59,965 nt of DNA from Octopus bimaculoides. Its lineage: Eukaryota. The notes beneath the pieces were generated by a model, which searched no databases, was not told the DNA's origin, and worked only from the letters and a program-made list of their open reading frames with translations. Positions within the stretch are counted from its first letter, which is position 1. Each line of letters begins with the position of its first letter. The translations under genes were made by a program, and so were the position numbers. Below, piece after piece: positions 13,601 to 24,925 of this stretch. Location: the NCBI RefSeq assembly GCF_001194135.2, contig NC_069007.1:3605494-3665458 (forward strand), written 5' to 3'.

Positions 13601-16600
13601 ATTTTATTAATACTATATGTGTGTATTTTGTCTTGCTGATTCTAAACAAATGAGATTATTCATTTTCTATCCTCCACAAAAGTGTGTCTGGTCATTGAGC
13701 TCTTCATCGATTAGGAGAACTATAAGCTTACTTGGAAACAAGTGAGGTCTTGCAACAGAAAGGGCAATTTGGCCATAGAAAAAAAAATCCTTTAAAAAAA
13801 CAAAAAACCATCCTTACTAAATTTTGTCCAACTCATACAAGCATAAAAAGAAAACGGAGCATGACGGGAGTTATGATAGTTATGATAATAATAGTTAGGG
13901 TCGGTGATGAAGATAAATATCTGAAAACAGAGATGACAAGAATGTAACCACTCTTGATGTTCACTGCCTGGAGATATAAAAAAAAAAAAAATAATAATAT
14001 ACTCACCTGAGTGTGATAATATACGGATCGGTAAAGTAGTGACCCTCATTCTCACATGTGAATCAAGTTGTGTACGACTAAGTAGATGCCTGCAATATGA
14101 TATTATATATATATATATATATGTATATGTATGTATTTGAAAAGATTTGTAAAAGTACTACACGGGTAAGNNNNNNNNNNNNNNNNNNNNNNNNNNNNNN
14201 NNNNNNNNNNNNNNNNNNNNNNNNNNNNNNNNNNNNNNNNNNNNNNNNNNNNNNNNNNNNNNNNNNNNNNNNNNNNNNNNNNNNNNNNNNNNNNNAAGAA
14301 TGACATTCATAGTTTACTGTTATTTCTTGCATACGCACGTGGTCCTTTCCTTGAACATGGTAATTCCAACTGATTCTTTTAGTAGATTACTAGTAGTTTG
14401 CAGAAGTGTATGGGAGAGAAAGAGATGGGGGGGGGGAATAGGAGAGGAATAGGCAACACCTGTAAAGATTACCTCCATCTTTTCTCCCCTCCTGTACAGA
14501 GATGGGGGGGGGGGTAACAAGTTAAAAAATAACAGATTAGCAAAGAGACGAATAGAATAAGTACCAGGCTTTAAAAAAACAAAGAAAACTGGGGTTGATT
14601 CATCCAGCTAAAAACCCTTCAAGGTGGTGCCCCAGCATGGCCTCAGTCTAATGACTGAAGGAGATAAAGGAGAAATATTTTGTTAAATTCCTCCAGACTT
14701 TTAAAATTATTTTTTCCAGTGGACATGGCCAATGCCAGTGTCGCGTGACTGGCACATAATAAAGCACCCTTTGAATGTCAAGCAATGTGCCATGCTTGAG
14801 AAAACCCATCAAGTCAAGTGAAACTGCAGTTATGGCCAATGCCATGTAAATTGGCACCTGTGCCAGTGGCATGGAAAAAACATCCTTTGAAGATTGGGCC
14901 TCATGGAGGCAGGGACAAGTGACCGACACCTTTAGTGATATACCATGCTCAAAAAGACCTGTCGATCCAAATGAGATCGTAGTCGTGGCCAATGCCAGTG
15001 TTATGTAACTGGCACCTGTGCCAATGGCTCATAAAAAGCACCCACTACACTTTTGGAGGGGTTGGCGTGAGGAAGGGCATCCAGCTGCAGAAACCATGTC
15101 AAATCCAATTGGAACCTGGTGCAGCTTCCCAGCTTAACAGTTTTCAATTAAACCGTCCAACCCATTCCAGCATAGAAAATGGACATTAAATGATGATGAT
15201 GATGATGATTTTTCCAGTGGACCAGAACGCCATATCAGGTAGTTTATGTTGTTAGAAATATGGTTATGAAAGAATGGTTCTGTCAAAGAAAGGAAATACT
15301 CCTTACCCATCATCCATGAAATGGTATTTCCATGATATTGGAGAATCCATCTTGGAGTAGACTGTCCTTTGCAGACCAAATGCAGTAACATCTTCCTTGT
15401 TGATAAGAATGTTCTTCATCTCAAGGTTTTTCTAGAATATTAAAGAAAAGAAGAAAAAAAGATAATTCATTCTACTATAGACACAGAGCGTGAAATTTTG
15501 AGGGAAGGAGCCAGTTGATTATATTGACCCCATTGTTCATCTGATACTAATTTTATTGACAAACGGATGAAAGGCAAAGTTGAACTTGGTGGAAAGAAGC
15601 CCAGTGCAGTTCTCTAGTTTAGTAGTCCCAGTCAAACTAATAGTACCAGCATGGAAAACAGGCATTAAATGAAGAGGAGTTCAGATTTTACCAGTCAGAC
15701 ATTAGATACAAAAAAAATAGTCAGTCAATGGAGAGAAAAGGGGCCAGGAGCTTCACCTTGGCAGCCATGACCTCCTATTCTTTTTAGCTTTTATTCAGGA
15801 AAGAAGCCAGTGCTCAAAATTCTTACAGAGCTTCTGAAACTAGTGGGAGGGAGGAAACCATTTTCAAACTGGAATCCTGGCTTCAAGAACAGAGCTGGCT
15901 CCACGAACAGCGCCCAAAGTGCTGAGCAGTGCTGTTAAATTGGACAACAGGTTAAGTCTTTACGTAAGAAGGCCACGGTGGGGTTTGAACTCAGAATGTA
16001 ATGAGCAAGAACAAACACTGCCAAGCATCTCAGCCACCGGCCTCAACAGGTTCTATATTTATCGGCATCAGAAGGCTGGGAGACAAAGCTGACCTTGGCA
16101 GGATTTGAACTCAGAATGCAAAGAGCTGAGACAAATAGTTCCAAGGCATTCAGTCTGAGGCTTTTACAGATCTGCCACTCCCCCAGCCTGGAGCAGTACC
16201 TTTCTATTGACTCCAAAGACATGTGGCCTAGTGGTTAGGGTATGGAACACATTATTATAAGATCACGTTTTCAATTCTTAGACTAAGCAGTGCATTGTGT
16301 TCTTGAGCAAGGCACTTCATTTCACATTGCCCCACTCTGTCACCATCATAAGCATTTAATGTGATTCCCACACTGGCAAGGCCAGGGGTCACACAGCTTG
16401 ATAGGAACTGGCAAGGCCAGGGGGTCACACCAGATTCCATAGTCTGTTTTAGCTCGGTTTCTATGGCTGGATGCCCTTCCTAATGCCAACCACTTCACAG
16501 GGTGTGTCTTGGGTGCTTTTTACATGTCACCATCACCCACACCAGTGCTTTTCATGTGGTACCTTATTTCAGAATTTCAATTCAGTTGAGATGAGCGGGT

Positions 16601-17872
16601 CTCCTTGAGTAAACAAATCAAACACAATATCCAGAAGGATGATACTCACATATTTACTGTTGCAGAGACAACCATCAGAATCAAGTGTTGGCACAAGAAA
16701 ATCTTTCAAGACAGTTCCCTTTGTAATCAATAACCGCAAAAACAAAGTGTTGGCACCTGTGGAAGAAAATGTTAAAACAACATGTACAAGAAAAATAGTT
16801 CTGGGAGATTATCTTTTTTTTCTACTCCACAAAGTTTGCCCTTTGGCATTCAGATTCGGTCAAATCATCATTGTTTAACATCCGCCTCCCACGCTGGCAT
16901 GGGTTGGACGAGGTCATTCAAACTGCTAGAAATAGTAGCCAAATCTCCCTCAAATCGTTCCTTGTCATCTCATCCTTTATTTAACAAAAAAAGGTACATT
17001 AGACAAAAGGAAGTCGTTGACATACAAAAAAAAAGATGTGGTGGTCATGACCACAAAAAAAGATGTGGTGGTCTTTGGTAGTGAGTAGGCTGGCTGCTTG
17101 ATCATAGCTGACCTTGGGCTCTCCAGCCACAAAATCAACTCAGAGAAAGTAAAATATAAAATAGTCTGGGATAATAATAATAATAATACCTTCTAACATT
17201 AAAATTGGTAAATCTTTGATATTCCATGCTTTCTGGACTTGATGAGTTGTCTGAGAAAATAAAGCAAAACTTAGATTAGAATAATCGTTAGCTTAACAAT
17301 TGGTCCACACTAACGATATATTCATCATTTAGTCTTTCTAGGTACGAGGCAACCTTGCTGGGGTGGTGCCATAGTAAAATGCACCCAGTACACTCTGTAG
17401 AGTGGTCAGTGAATAAATAGAGATAAAGGGTTCAAGAGGATCCTTTGGACTAGTCAAGGATATGACAGCTTCCATAGGGAAGGTGCCAAAATAAAATGCA
17501 CCCAGTACACTCTGTAGAGTGGTTGGTGAATAAATGGAGATCACAGAAGGTTCAAGAGAACCTTTTAGACTAGTCAAAAACATGACAACCGCCTAGTGCA
17601 GGTGCCAAAATAAAAAAGCACCCAGTACACTAAAGTGTGAAGACATGTGCCTAGTAGTTAAGGTGGTGTTGTGCTCATGATCAGACAAGCAAGGTTTCAA
17701 TTTCAGGACAGGGTGGTGCATTGTGTTACATTAGAGGACACCTACCACAACTCCTATGCTAACTTCTCGTCTGGCACAAAGCCACCTTCCTCCACCCCTT
17801 CAGCTGATCGTTAGTAAATGGAGAATTATGGGGAAACAGCAACATATTTTTACAATATAATAATTATACCAA

Positions 17873-17920
<48 letters not shown>

Positions 17921-18949
17921 CACACACACACATACATACATACACATGTGTGACCACCACTTGACAAACAATGTGTTTTTATGTCCTCATAACCTAGCAG
18001 TTCAGCAAAGACTGACAGAATAAGTACCTAAAAAAAAAGTGCTGAGGTCAATTCATTTAACTAAAGACTCTTCAAGGCAGTGCACCAGCATGGCCACAGT
18101 CTATTGATTGAAACAGATGAAAATGAAGGTATGCTGTAACAACTTTTCTATAAACAATGCTTGAAAATGCCACGGGACTAACAAGTAATATTAGTCTGTA
18201 AAGACTGAATTTTAACTGGAGCTGCACTTGCTTGAAATAGCAGCTAAATGTCCCCCTGTTCACACCATCATCTAACAAAAGAAGGACACACTGGTTAATA
18301 TGGTTTTGTGTTAAAAGGCAGAAACAAGAAGAAACGCAGTTGGTTTGAATAATTGAGGTCATTTATTCTGGCATTCTGACAGCTGGACTTATTTCATTTC
18401 ACAGCTAACCAGATAAGAAGAAGTCGAGTTGGGGTGAACGCCAGTACAACCTAATTAACTTGTAGATATTGTTATCAGTTAAAAACTAATTACTAAACTG
18501 TAACTGGCATGGATGTGTGGTTGAAAAGTCTCCTTGCCAATCACATTGTCTCAGGTTCAGCTCTACTGTGTGGTACCTTGGAGAAGAGACTTCAAGTTGG
18601 CCCTGGGGCCAACCGAAGCCCTGTGAGTGGATTTGGTAGGTGGAAACTGAAACAATTCAGTCGTATATGTATTTTGTTAAAGCATGTCTCTAGGAGAAGG
18701 TCACTGATATAAAAGTGAATATGTAGGGAAAGGCAGTTGATATTTTGGGTATCTTTTCCATTGGTGCCCAAGATTCTGGCACACCCACATTCCTCAGCCT
18801 TGGACCCATGTTGGCACCGGATATCATGCTTCAGTTTATTTCTAGATCATCTCTTTAAAGTGGAGAGGTGTCTATGAGGCATTCTGAAAGCCTTATTGGA
18901 CCTAAATTTTTGTACAGGCATTGCTGCTTAGTTTTATGATTTTAACTTA

Positions 18950-18982
<33 letters not shown>

Positions 18983-21900
18983 TATGGAGGGATGGATGTG
19001 GGGGGGGGGGTGTACGCACATTTGTGCATTCTTCTCATGACGTTGCATGGTTGTTGTAAATGAATGTCATTCCCTTACAAATGAAAAACATGCCTGACCA
19101 TCGGCAAAGGTTACCTATTACCTTGTTTGGCAACAGGAAGGGCAACATGCTGTAGAAAATCTGTCTCAAAACTGACTCATCCAAGCTTGGAAAAGTGAAC
19201 ATGAAAACAAGGATGATGATGATGAGGTAACAACTTCAGTGGTAGTGGTTGCAGTGACAGCAACAGCAGTGGTGGTGTGACCTCAGAGATTCCACACTCC
19301 CCTCCCCGTGACCAGAGGTCTGCTGGATCAAGGCCAACTTGCAAGTGTGTTTAGCTTCAAAATATGACATATATGATATCAGCTTTGCTATGTTTGGCAA
19401 AGCAATTTATTAAAAAGAATGCTTTAAAAGAAAGGAAAGAAAAAGAGTATGAATACAAAGTGCTGCAAAAATGCATGCCCCCACATCTGACCCGATCTCT
19501 GGAGGGGTTCCCTAAGACAATGTATTTTAAGGGTTCCTCAAGGATAGACAGGATGAGAAAAGCTGTACTACACCCTACAACAAGAACCTGTTCACCCATC
19601 CCTTCTTACATTTTCAAATACCTCGTGTCCTCATACGAAGCGCCACCTCCATCCCAGGTTTTGTAGTCTTGTGAGCTGCATGGCAAACCCACTTGGTTGA
19701 TGATAGAAACAATCTCCATCCATAGAAATCATGCTAAAAACTGGAATGTACAAGTGAGGTAGATTCTCTGCCAGACACATTGCAGACTACTCATTACAAA
19801 AGACAGTAACTTGGGGTAAGGACTGATGCACATTGTAAGATCCTGTTCATTCTGAAGTCCCTTTGACGTTTAAATTTTGTTTGTAAAGTGGTTGACATTA
19901 GGAAGGGTATCCAGCCATAGAAACCATGCTGACACAGATACTGGGACACAACGCAGTCCTTGGACCCACTGGATCTTGTCAGGCTGTCCAGCCGATGCTA
20001 GCATGGGACATGAATGTTAAATGGTCAGCCAAGAAACCCTAGGCTTCTGGAAATCCACTTTTAAAATGTTGCTTTGAATTCTATAACTGTGGATTTATAA
20101 GGTTTGTACTGTTTTGTGGAGTTCAAAGAAGAAAAAGAATTTGGTAGAAAATTTGTTTTCTTACCTCTCCTTCAGAAATAGTTTTGGTGAACATGTAAAG
20201 CCCATTTTTTTGTGTAATTAGGGTTTTCCGGTCAAGAGGACAATTGTTCAACTATAAAACAAATATAACAACAATAAGTTATAATAAAAACACAGTTTTA
20301 TTGAATTATGTCAAAAATGGATTCCACTAAGAAATCTAATGAATGTGAGGAGCCAAAGTTACAAATAAACAGGTTTTCAACTTGTTAGAAATAACAGCCA
20401 AACACTAGGTTTTCATCTGGTCACACCCTACAGTCCAAGGAAACATACATTAATGTACTCTTTGATATACTGTGTCATTATGAAAAATCTCTGAAATATC
20501 CTCTTCACCCTAATTACTCGGTTCAATTACTCATAGCAACATGATGAAAAGGGTGAATGATAGAGAAAGGACAGATGAAAATTCAAAATGTGGGGTACTA
20601 TGAGGGAGTGATGGATGTGGCTGGGTGGGTGGTGAAGAAATTTGCTCCCCAACCACACAGCTTTGGTTCAATCCCACTGTGTGCATGGCACCTTGGGCAA
20701 GTTTATCTACTATAGCTCTCAAGCTAACCAAAGCCTTGTGAGTGGACTTGCTAGACAGAAGCTGAAAGAAGTGTGCATGTGGTGTGTGATGCATACATAT
20801 AAAGAAAACCATGCACGGACACTTCATATTCAAGGCTCTGATGAAGCTATACTCAGACATTCAACTACAAGTCCACCACATCTTGCAGCAGAAACAGCTG
20901 TAAGCTAATGAAGTTTATAAGATAATCATTTATTCTTTTGTCATCTCATTTTCTTTTGTGTGCATGTGTGTGTGTGTGTGGTTTCCTTGTCTGACATCAC
21001 ATGATTGGAGAAGAACGTTTGTTTAGGACAATGTTTGGCGAAAACATGTCTGACTATGGGGAAATATACTTTGCTTGGAAACAGGTAAATGGTTGACAAC
21101 AAGAAGGGCATCAGACCGTGGAAAATTTGCATCAGTAAACTCTACCCAAGCATGGAAAAGTGGACATTATGATGATGATGATGATGATCTTTGTCGGAGT
21201 TAAAAACAAAACAAAACAAAAAATCTTACCTCAACATACTCATGGTGTCTTTGTTCTATTGTCTGTAGTTTCATATCGACATAGGCTACAAGGGACGTAC
21301 CACAGAGAATCCCTTCAATGCTGCCAACACTCTTCGCTGAGATACTAAAACATTCTTCTTCCTGGAAAGTGCATTTTTCTATGGATATCAGAAACTCGCC
21401 CAAGTCTCCCTCGTCAGATGTGGTAACGAGGCTGTCATTAAACACCATCCTTTGTAAATCTTTCTCAGCTGAAATGAACCAGAAATTTTGCAATTGTTTT
21501 ATTCTATTTTCCACTTCTTTTTGTTTGCTTTCTATTTACCTTCATTTTCTTTATTCAATAAAAACAATAAAATTCTTTTCTATTCTCACATCATGCTTCA
21601 GCAATATGTTACCTTGGGCAAATGTCTTCTGTTATAGCCACAATCAGAGAACATAGAGACAGAAGAAATGGAGCTAAGCATTATGTCTTGTGTGTTAACA
21701 GTTCTGATAGGTCACCACTATGAAGACCAGAAATAAAAGAAAAGCAGAACCAATATAAGTAAGTGTGAGAGTGAGTAATGATTGAGTCTCTGTCTTGATA
21801 TCATGTGACAGTTGTAAAGGAATGGTATTCATTTCCAATATTCTGCCTAAACAGGTCTGGCCATGAGGAAATATTAGCTTACTTAGAACTAGGTGAGGAT

Positions 21901-23226
21901 TGGCAACAGAAAGGAAATCCGGCTATAGAAAAATTTGCCTCAATAAACTCCATCAAACATATGATGATAATGATAAGATTTAAATGCTAAAAAGACTTCA
22001 GAATGAACATGGTCTTACAATCTGCATTAATCCTTGTTACAACATAGTCTGCAATGTGACTGGCAGAGAATACACCTCACTTGTACAGCCATATGTGGAT
22101 ATATAAAAAAAGTGGGATAGAATGCAATGATGATGTTAAGCCTTGCATGTAGTTCTAGATACCTCTGAAATTATTCTAGCCACAATCATTCTTACAGGAT
22201 GGTCATGGACAGAATGCCATTGATGACAAGTCTAATCAATCAATGCTGATCTGGCACTAAGTAACAACAACCACGTAAAAGCACCCATTACACTCTCAGA
22301 GTGGTTGGCATTAGGAAGGGCATCCAGCCATAGAAACCATGCCAAATCAGACTGGAGTCTGGTGCAGCCCCTCAGCTTGCCAGCCCTTGTCAAACCGTCC
22401 AACCCATTCCAGCATGAACAACAGATGTTAAGTGATGGTGATGATGATGATGATGATGATGATGCCACATTAACCCTTTTGTTACCATATTTCTGCTGGA
22501 ATACACTGGTTTTGTTTCAATCAATTTTGAAAATAACAAAGAATTTATTAAAGTACTTTTGTCATTAATTAAGCTGATGTTTGGAATACGAATTAGCATG
22601 AAAGTTTTGATGGAAGATTTTAATTTAGACTTCTTTAAAACTGATATTTTATACCACATAAGCAGAGGTGGTCACAGATAGATTGGTATCAAAAGGGTTA
22701 ACCAATGCAACACATACTCACTAATTGAACTGAAGAATTTCATAGCTTCGGAACTTGCTTGTGGAATGTCTTCAATTTCAGGTGTCACTGTTGCTGAGCT
22801 CAGGAGTAATTCCCGTGGAAATAATCCATTGCCTTTTTCGTCAGTCTTTTGCCCAACATCCTTGGGAGATTCCACAACAAAACCTTCCGGTTTGTCCACG
22901 ACCTTTTCTTCCTTAGTCTTCTCTGTGACATCTTCAGTGGACTTTTGTACAATGTCCACAGACGTGCGCTTAATGTCTCCATCTGTAGACGACTCTGTGG
23001 TTTCTTCTGTGTCTTCCTCTGTAGCAACATCTTCTGCAGATTTCTTCACGACAACATCTGTTTCAGGTGCCTCCTCTGCAGTAACCAGGCCATTTTCTTC
23101 TTCCTCAGGTTGGATGGCACCCTCTGTAACTTCTGTCGGAGAGCCATCTACTTTGTCTTCTTTTTCCTCATCGTGTTCTGATAGCAGCTCTTTATTTCCT
23201 TCCTCATCTTGACTTGATGCTGACAT
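5593..23226 (-). CDS. CATIP: CATIP (ciliogenesis-associated TTC17-interacting protein, C2orf62) orthologue, multi-exon: join(23226-22722,21468-21230,20251-20165,17250-17190,16756-16650,15431-15307,14089-14007,[one exon in gap, ending 9902],5820-5593)
   Basis: Exons translated by hand run collinear with recalled CATIP motifs: ASSEAMKFFSSI, CGTSLVAYVDMKLQTIEQ, PLDRKT, EGANTLFLR, TLDSDG, HFMDDGHLLSR, LLADFLQFLLLRKPDDVVKFAAEYF. All visible junctions are GT-AG with compatible phases (1,0,0,1,0,2,1). Confidence 0.92.
7690..7860 (-). mobile_element. SINE family C with (GAT)n tail (GGAAGGGCATCCAGC core, Meta-SINE-like); copies e.g. 4395, 12650(+), 15030(+), 22275(+), 33248, 43790(+), 47925, 53740(+), 54378
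   Basis: Recurrent TTAGGAAGGGCATCCAGC...CCAACCCATGCCAGCATGGAA...(GAT)n. Confidence 0.8.
9124..9472. repeat. Long inverted repeat (149-bp arms, 51-nt spacer), MITE-like
   Basis: 9124-9272 is the reverse complement of 9324-9472, with mostly transition mismatches; TA at both ends. Confidence 0.9.
11063..11404 (+). promoter_or_regulatory. Pol II core-promoter-like module (CCAAT, E-box, TATA, Inr) inside a CATIP intron; possibly LTR-derived
   Basis: CCAAT at 11063, GTCACGTGA at 11085, TATAAATA at 11134, CCAGTT at 11159, CpG-rich. Confidence 0.4.
12840..13173. mobile_element. RTE-clade LINE 3' fragment with internal inversion
   Basis: Plus strand 13021-13173 gives GHILREDPNDDC..WVPEGR..GKPK; minus strand 13016-12840 gives NT*RRTVERE...DRAAWR. 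Confidence 0.65.
14007..14089 (-). CDS. CATIP: CATIP exon (HLLSRTQLDSHVRMRVTTLPIRILSHS)
   Basis: tattgcAG acceptor, GTGAGT donor at 14006; 83 nt, phase 2/1; completes the DGHL-x-SR motif. Confidence 0.88.
15307..15431 (-). CDS. CATIP: CATIP exon (KNLEMKNILINKEDVTAFGLQRTVYSKMDSPISWKYHFMDDG)
   Basis: attctAG acceptor, GTAAGG donor at 15306; 125 nt, phase 0/2. Confidence 0.9.
16650..16756 (-). CDS. CATIP: CATIP exon (GANTLFLRLLITKGTVLKDFLVPTLDSDGCLCNSKY)
   Basis: ttttcttccacAG acceptor, GTGAGT donor at 16649; 107 nt, phase 1/0. Confidence 0.9.
17190..17250 (-). CDS. CATIP: CATIP exon (TTHQVQKAWNIKDLPILMLE-G)
   Basis: ttttctcAG acceptor, GTATTA donor at 17189; 61 nt, phase 0/1; joins the next exon to give EGANTLFLR. 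Confidence 0.8.
17365..17631. repeat. Tandem repeat of about 118 bp, 2.3 copies
   Basis: GGTGCCA..A.TAAAA.GCACCCAGTACACT at 17365, 17482 and 17601. Confidence 0.85.
20165..20251 (-). CDS. CATIP: CATIP exon (LNNCPLDRKTLITQKNGLYMFTKTISEGE)
   Basis: ttttatAG acceptor, GTAAGA donor at 20164; 87 nt, phase 0/0; PLDRKT motif. Absent from the ORF track. Confidence 0.9.
21230..21468 (-). CDS. CATIP: CATIP exon (EKDLQRMVFNDSLVTTSDEGDLGEF...HHEYVE)
   Basis: catttcAG acceptor, GTAAGA donor at 21229; 239 nt; matches the CATIP N-terminal domain. Confidence 0.93.
22470..22701. mobile_element. piggyBac-like MITE with TTAA target duplication
   Basis: TTAA|CCCTTTTGTTACCA ... TGGTATCAAAAGGG|TTAA; 14-bp TIR with one mismatch; 224 bp. 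Confidence 0.8.
22722..23226 (-). CDS. CATIP: CATIP first coding exon (acidic N-terminal extension ending ASSEAMKFFSSI)
   Basis: Acceptor tttgtctttcAG with exon start at 23242; ATG at 23226; donor GTGAGT at 22721; 505 nt, phase 1. Confidence 0.85.
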
Positions 23227-23309
23227 GATTCAAAACAGAAACCTGAAAGACAAACAAACTTACGTGATTGATGGGTCAACATATGAAAAGAAAGGTTTGC
23301 ACTTAAATT

Positions 23310-23679
23310 GCTGTTTGTTGTTGGCACTCCGTCGCTTACGACGTCGAGGGTTCCAGTTGATCTGATCAACGGAACAGCCTGCTCGTGAAATTAACGTGCA
23401 AGTGGCTGAGCACTCCACAGACACGTGTTCCCTTAACGTAGTTCTCTGGGATATTCAGCATGACACTGAGTGTAACAAGGCTGACCCTTTGAATCACAGG
23501 CACAACAGAAACAGGAAGAAAGAGTGAGAGAAAGAAGAGTACAGCAGGGTTCGCCACCATCCCCTGCCGGAGCCTCGTGGAGCTTTAGGTGTTTTCGCTC
23601 AATAAACACTCACAACGCCCAGTCCGGGAATCGAAACCGCGAGTCCGCGGCCCTAACCACTGGGCCATTGCGCCTCCAC
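23310..23679 (-). mobile_element. tRNA-derived SINE family D, full length with 11-bp TSD; other copies 42901-43283(-), 41930-42170(+), 12165-12290(-)
   Basis: Head GTGGAGGCGCAATGGCCCAGTGGTTAGG; TSD GCACTTAAATT at 23299-23309 and 23680-23690. Confidence 0.85.
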
Positions 23680-24049
23680 GCACTTAAATTAAATTTAAAA
23701 GAAAAGACGTGAACTTGCAGGTAAGACGTTTGCAACATAGAAGACACACACAAGCCATTGAAAAACAAAAACTGTCAACTTCCCGTAAACATTTATTACT
23801 TGGTGTCAAAGTTTTTGCCATTCAAATCATGACCTGGCCACCGACAAGAATTCACAGCTGTATAGTTTCTGGTTTTATAAAGTTAGAGTCCAGTTTGAAA
23901 CTCTACTAAAGTTCGGTTATTAACCAAAATAGTTTTCAATTAAATACGGATGATTTGCGTTCGAATATGTCACATTATCACGATCAACAAACCTTGAATC
24001 TATGTGATATAGTTGTGGTTGTTGCTTGTAATTCTATCTCTAATATTTA

Positions 24050-24280
24050 TTTCTTTATTGCCCACATGGAGCTAAACATAGAGGGGACAAACAGGGACAG
24101 ACAAAGCAATTAAGTCGATTACATCGACCCCAGTTCGTCACTGGTACTTAATTTATCGACCCCGAAAGGATGAAAGGCAAAGTCGACCTCGGCGGAATTT
24201 GAACTCAGAACGTAGCGGCAGACGAAATACCGCTAAGCATTTCGCCTGGCGTGCTAACGTTTCTGCCAGCTCGCTGCCTC
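24050..24280 (-). mobile_element. tRNA-derived SINE family B (central domain resembles Nin/Deu type); copies e.g. 3890-4105, 30940-31155, 33430-34135 (three), 41050-41250, 42436-42576(+), 46080-46430, 47700-47890(+), 48090-48290(+)
   Basis: Recurrent GGTCGACTTTGCCTTTCATCCTTTCGGGGTCGATAAA domain with a tRNA-like head; the superfamily name is from memory. Confidence 0.75.
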
Positions 24281-24329
24281 TAATATTACACTGTCTTTCT
24301 AATATTTCCATTCTGCAACTTCATATATA

Positions 24330-24925
24330 CGGTGCGCGTGTGTCGGCGCGCGAGGACGCACTTCTTGCGTTTCAATATTGGATGGCACCCTCTTTAATTT
24401 CTGTCGGGGACTTAGAAGAACCTGGAAGAATGACAGAACGGTAAATATATGTTTATATATATTCCCTTCTCCTATCGTTCTTACAGACTGTCAAATCCAC
24501 CAGGCAAAGAACACAGAGATATCGAAATGCAAGAAGGACGTGTGAGTGTGTGTATATATAGATATAGATATCGGTTTTTAAGAAATGACAGCCTACCATT
24601 TAGAAGTTTTTGATTAAAAATAACAATTTTAAAAATAAATAATAGCACAATAGTTAACAGTTCCGACGTGAAACAACCATGGAACAATCAAAGAGAAAAT
24701 ATAAAAAAGCAAAACCTCCGAAAGTTCTAGAGGTTTTTCTTCGGTTCTATCCTTCGTTCCGATAATGGTAAATGCCGTGTGTCTCAGTCTCAGCTGGTGT
24801 CACGACACTCGTTGTCTTGTTACGTCTCGCAGACAAAACTTGGTCACTATAGCAATGATTAGCGTCATCAACGGTGTCACGCGGCAAAATGTAGCCTCAG
24901 AAAAAAAATGTAACCTCGACAACAG
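24330..24925 (-). promoter_or_regulatory. Probable CATIP promoter and non-coding first exon region
   Basis: CpG-rich non-repeat patch about 1.1-1.7 kb upstream of exon 2; candidate minus-strand donor GTAAGA at 24484; X-box-like motifs at 24811-24923. Confidence 0.5.

Noticed and set aside
13730-13789. Second candidate missing exon with a GTAAG donor
   Set aside because: In the required phase it reads FFFLWPNCPFCC, which is not CATIP-like.
17365-17631. CRISPR-like repeat-spacer array
   Set aside because: The inter-repeat sequences are homologous to each other, so it is a tandem repeat, and the context is eukaryotic.
18072-18362. Minus-strand ORF within CATIP
   Set aside because: It overlaps dispersed repeat sequence and is not needed for the CATIP exon chain.
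19364-19666. ORF faintly resembling an RLE C-terminus (RMRKAVL)
   Set aside because: Similarity too weak without a search.
23243-23264. GTAAGT about 20 nt upstream of the CATIP exon-2 acceptor
   Set aside because: The implied intron would be too short to splice; probably chance.
23600-23679. tRNA-like sequence with A and B boxes (also 212-275, 43230-43283)
   Set aside because: It continues into SINE bodies with tails and TSDs and has no complete cloverleaf; these are SINE heads, not tRNA genes.
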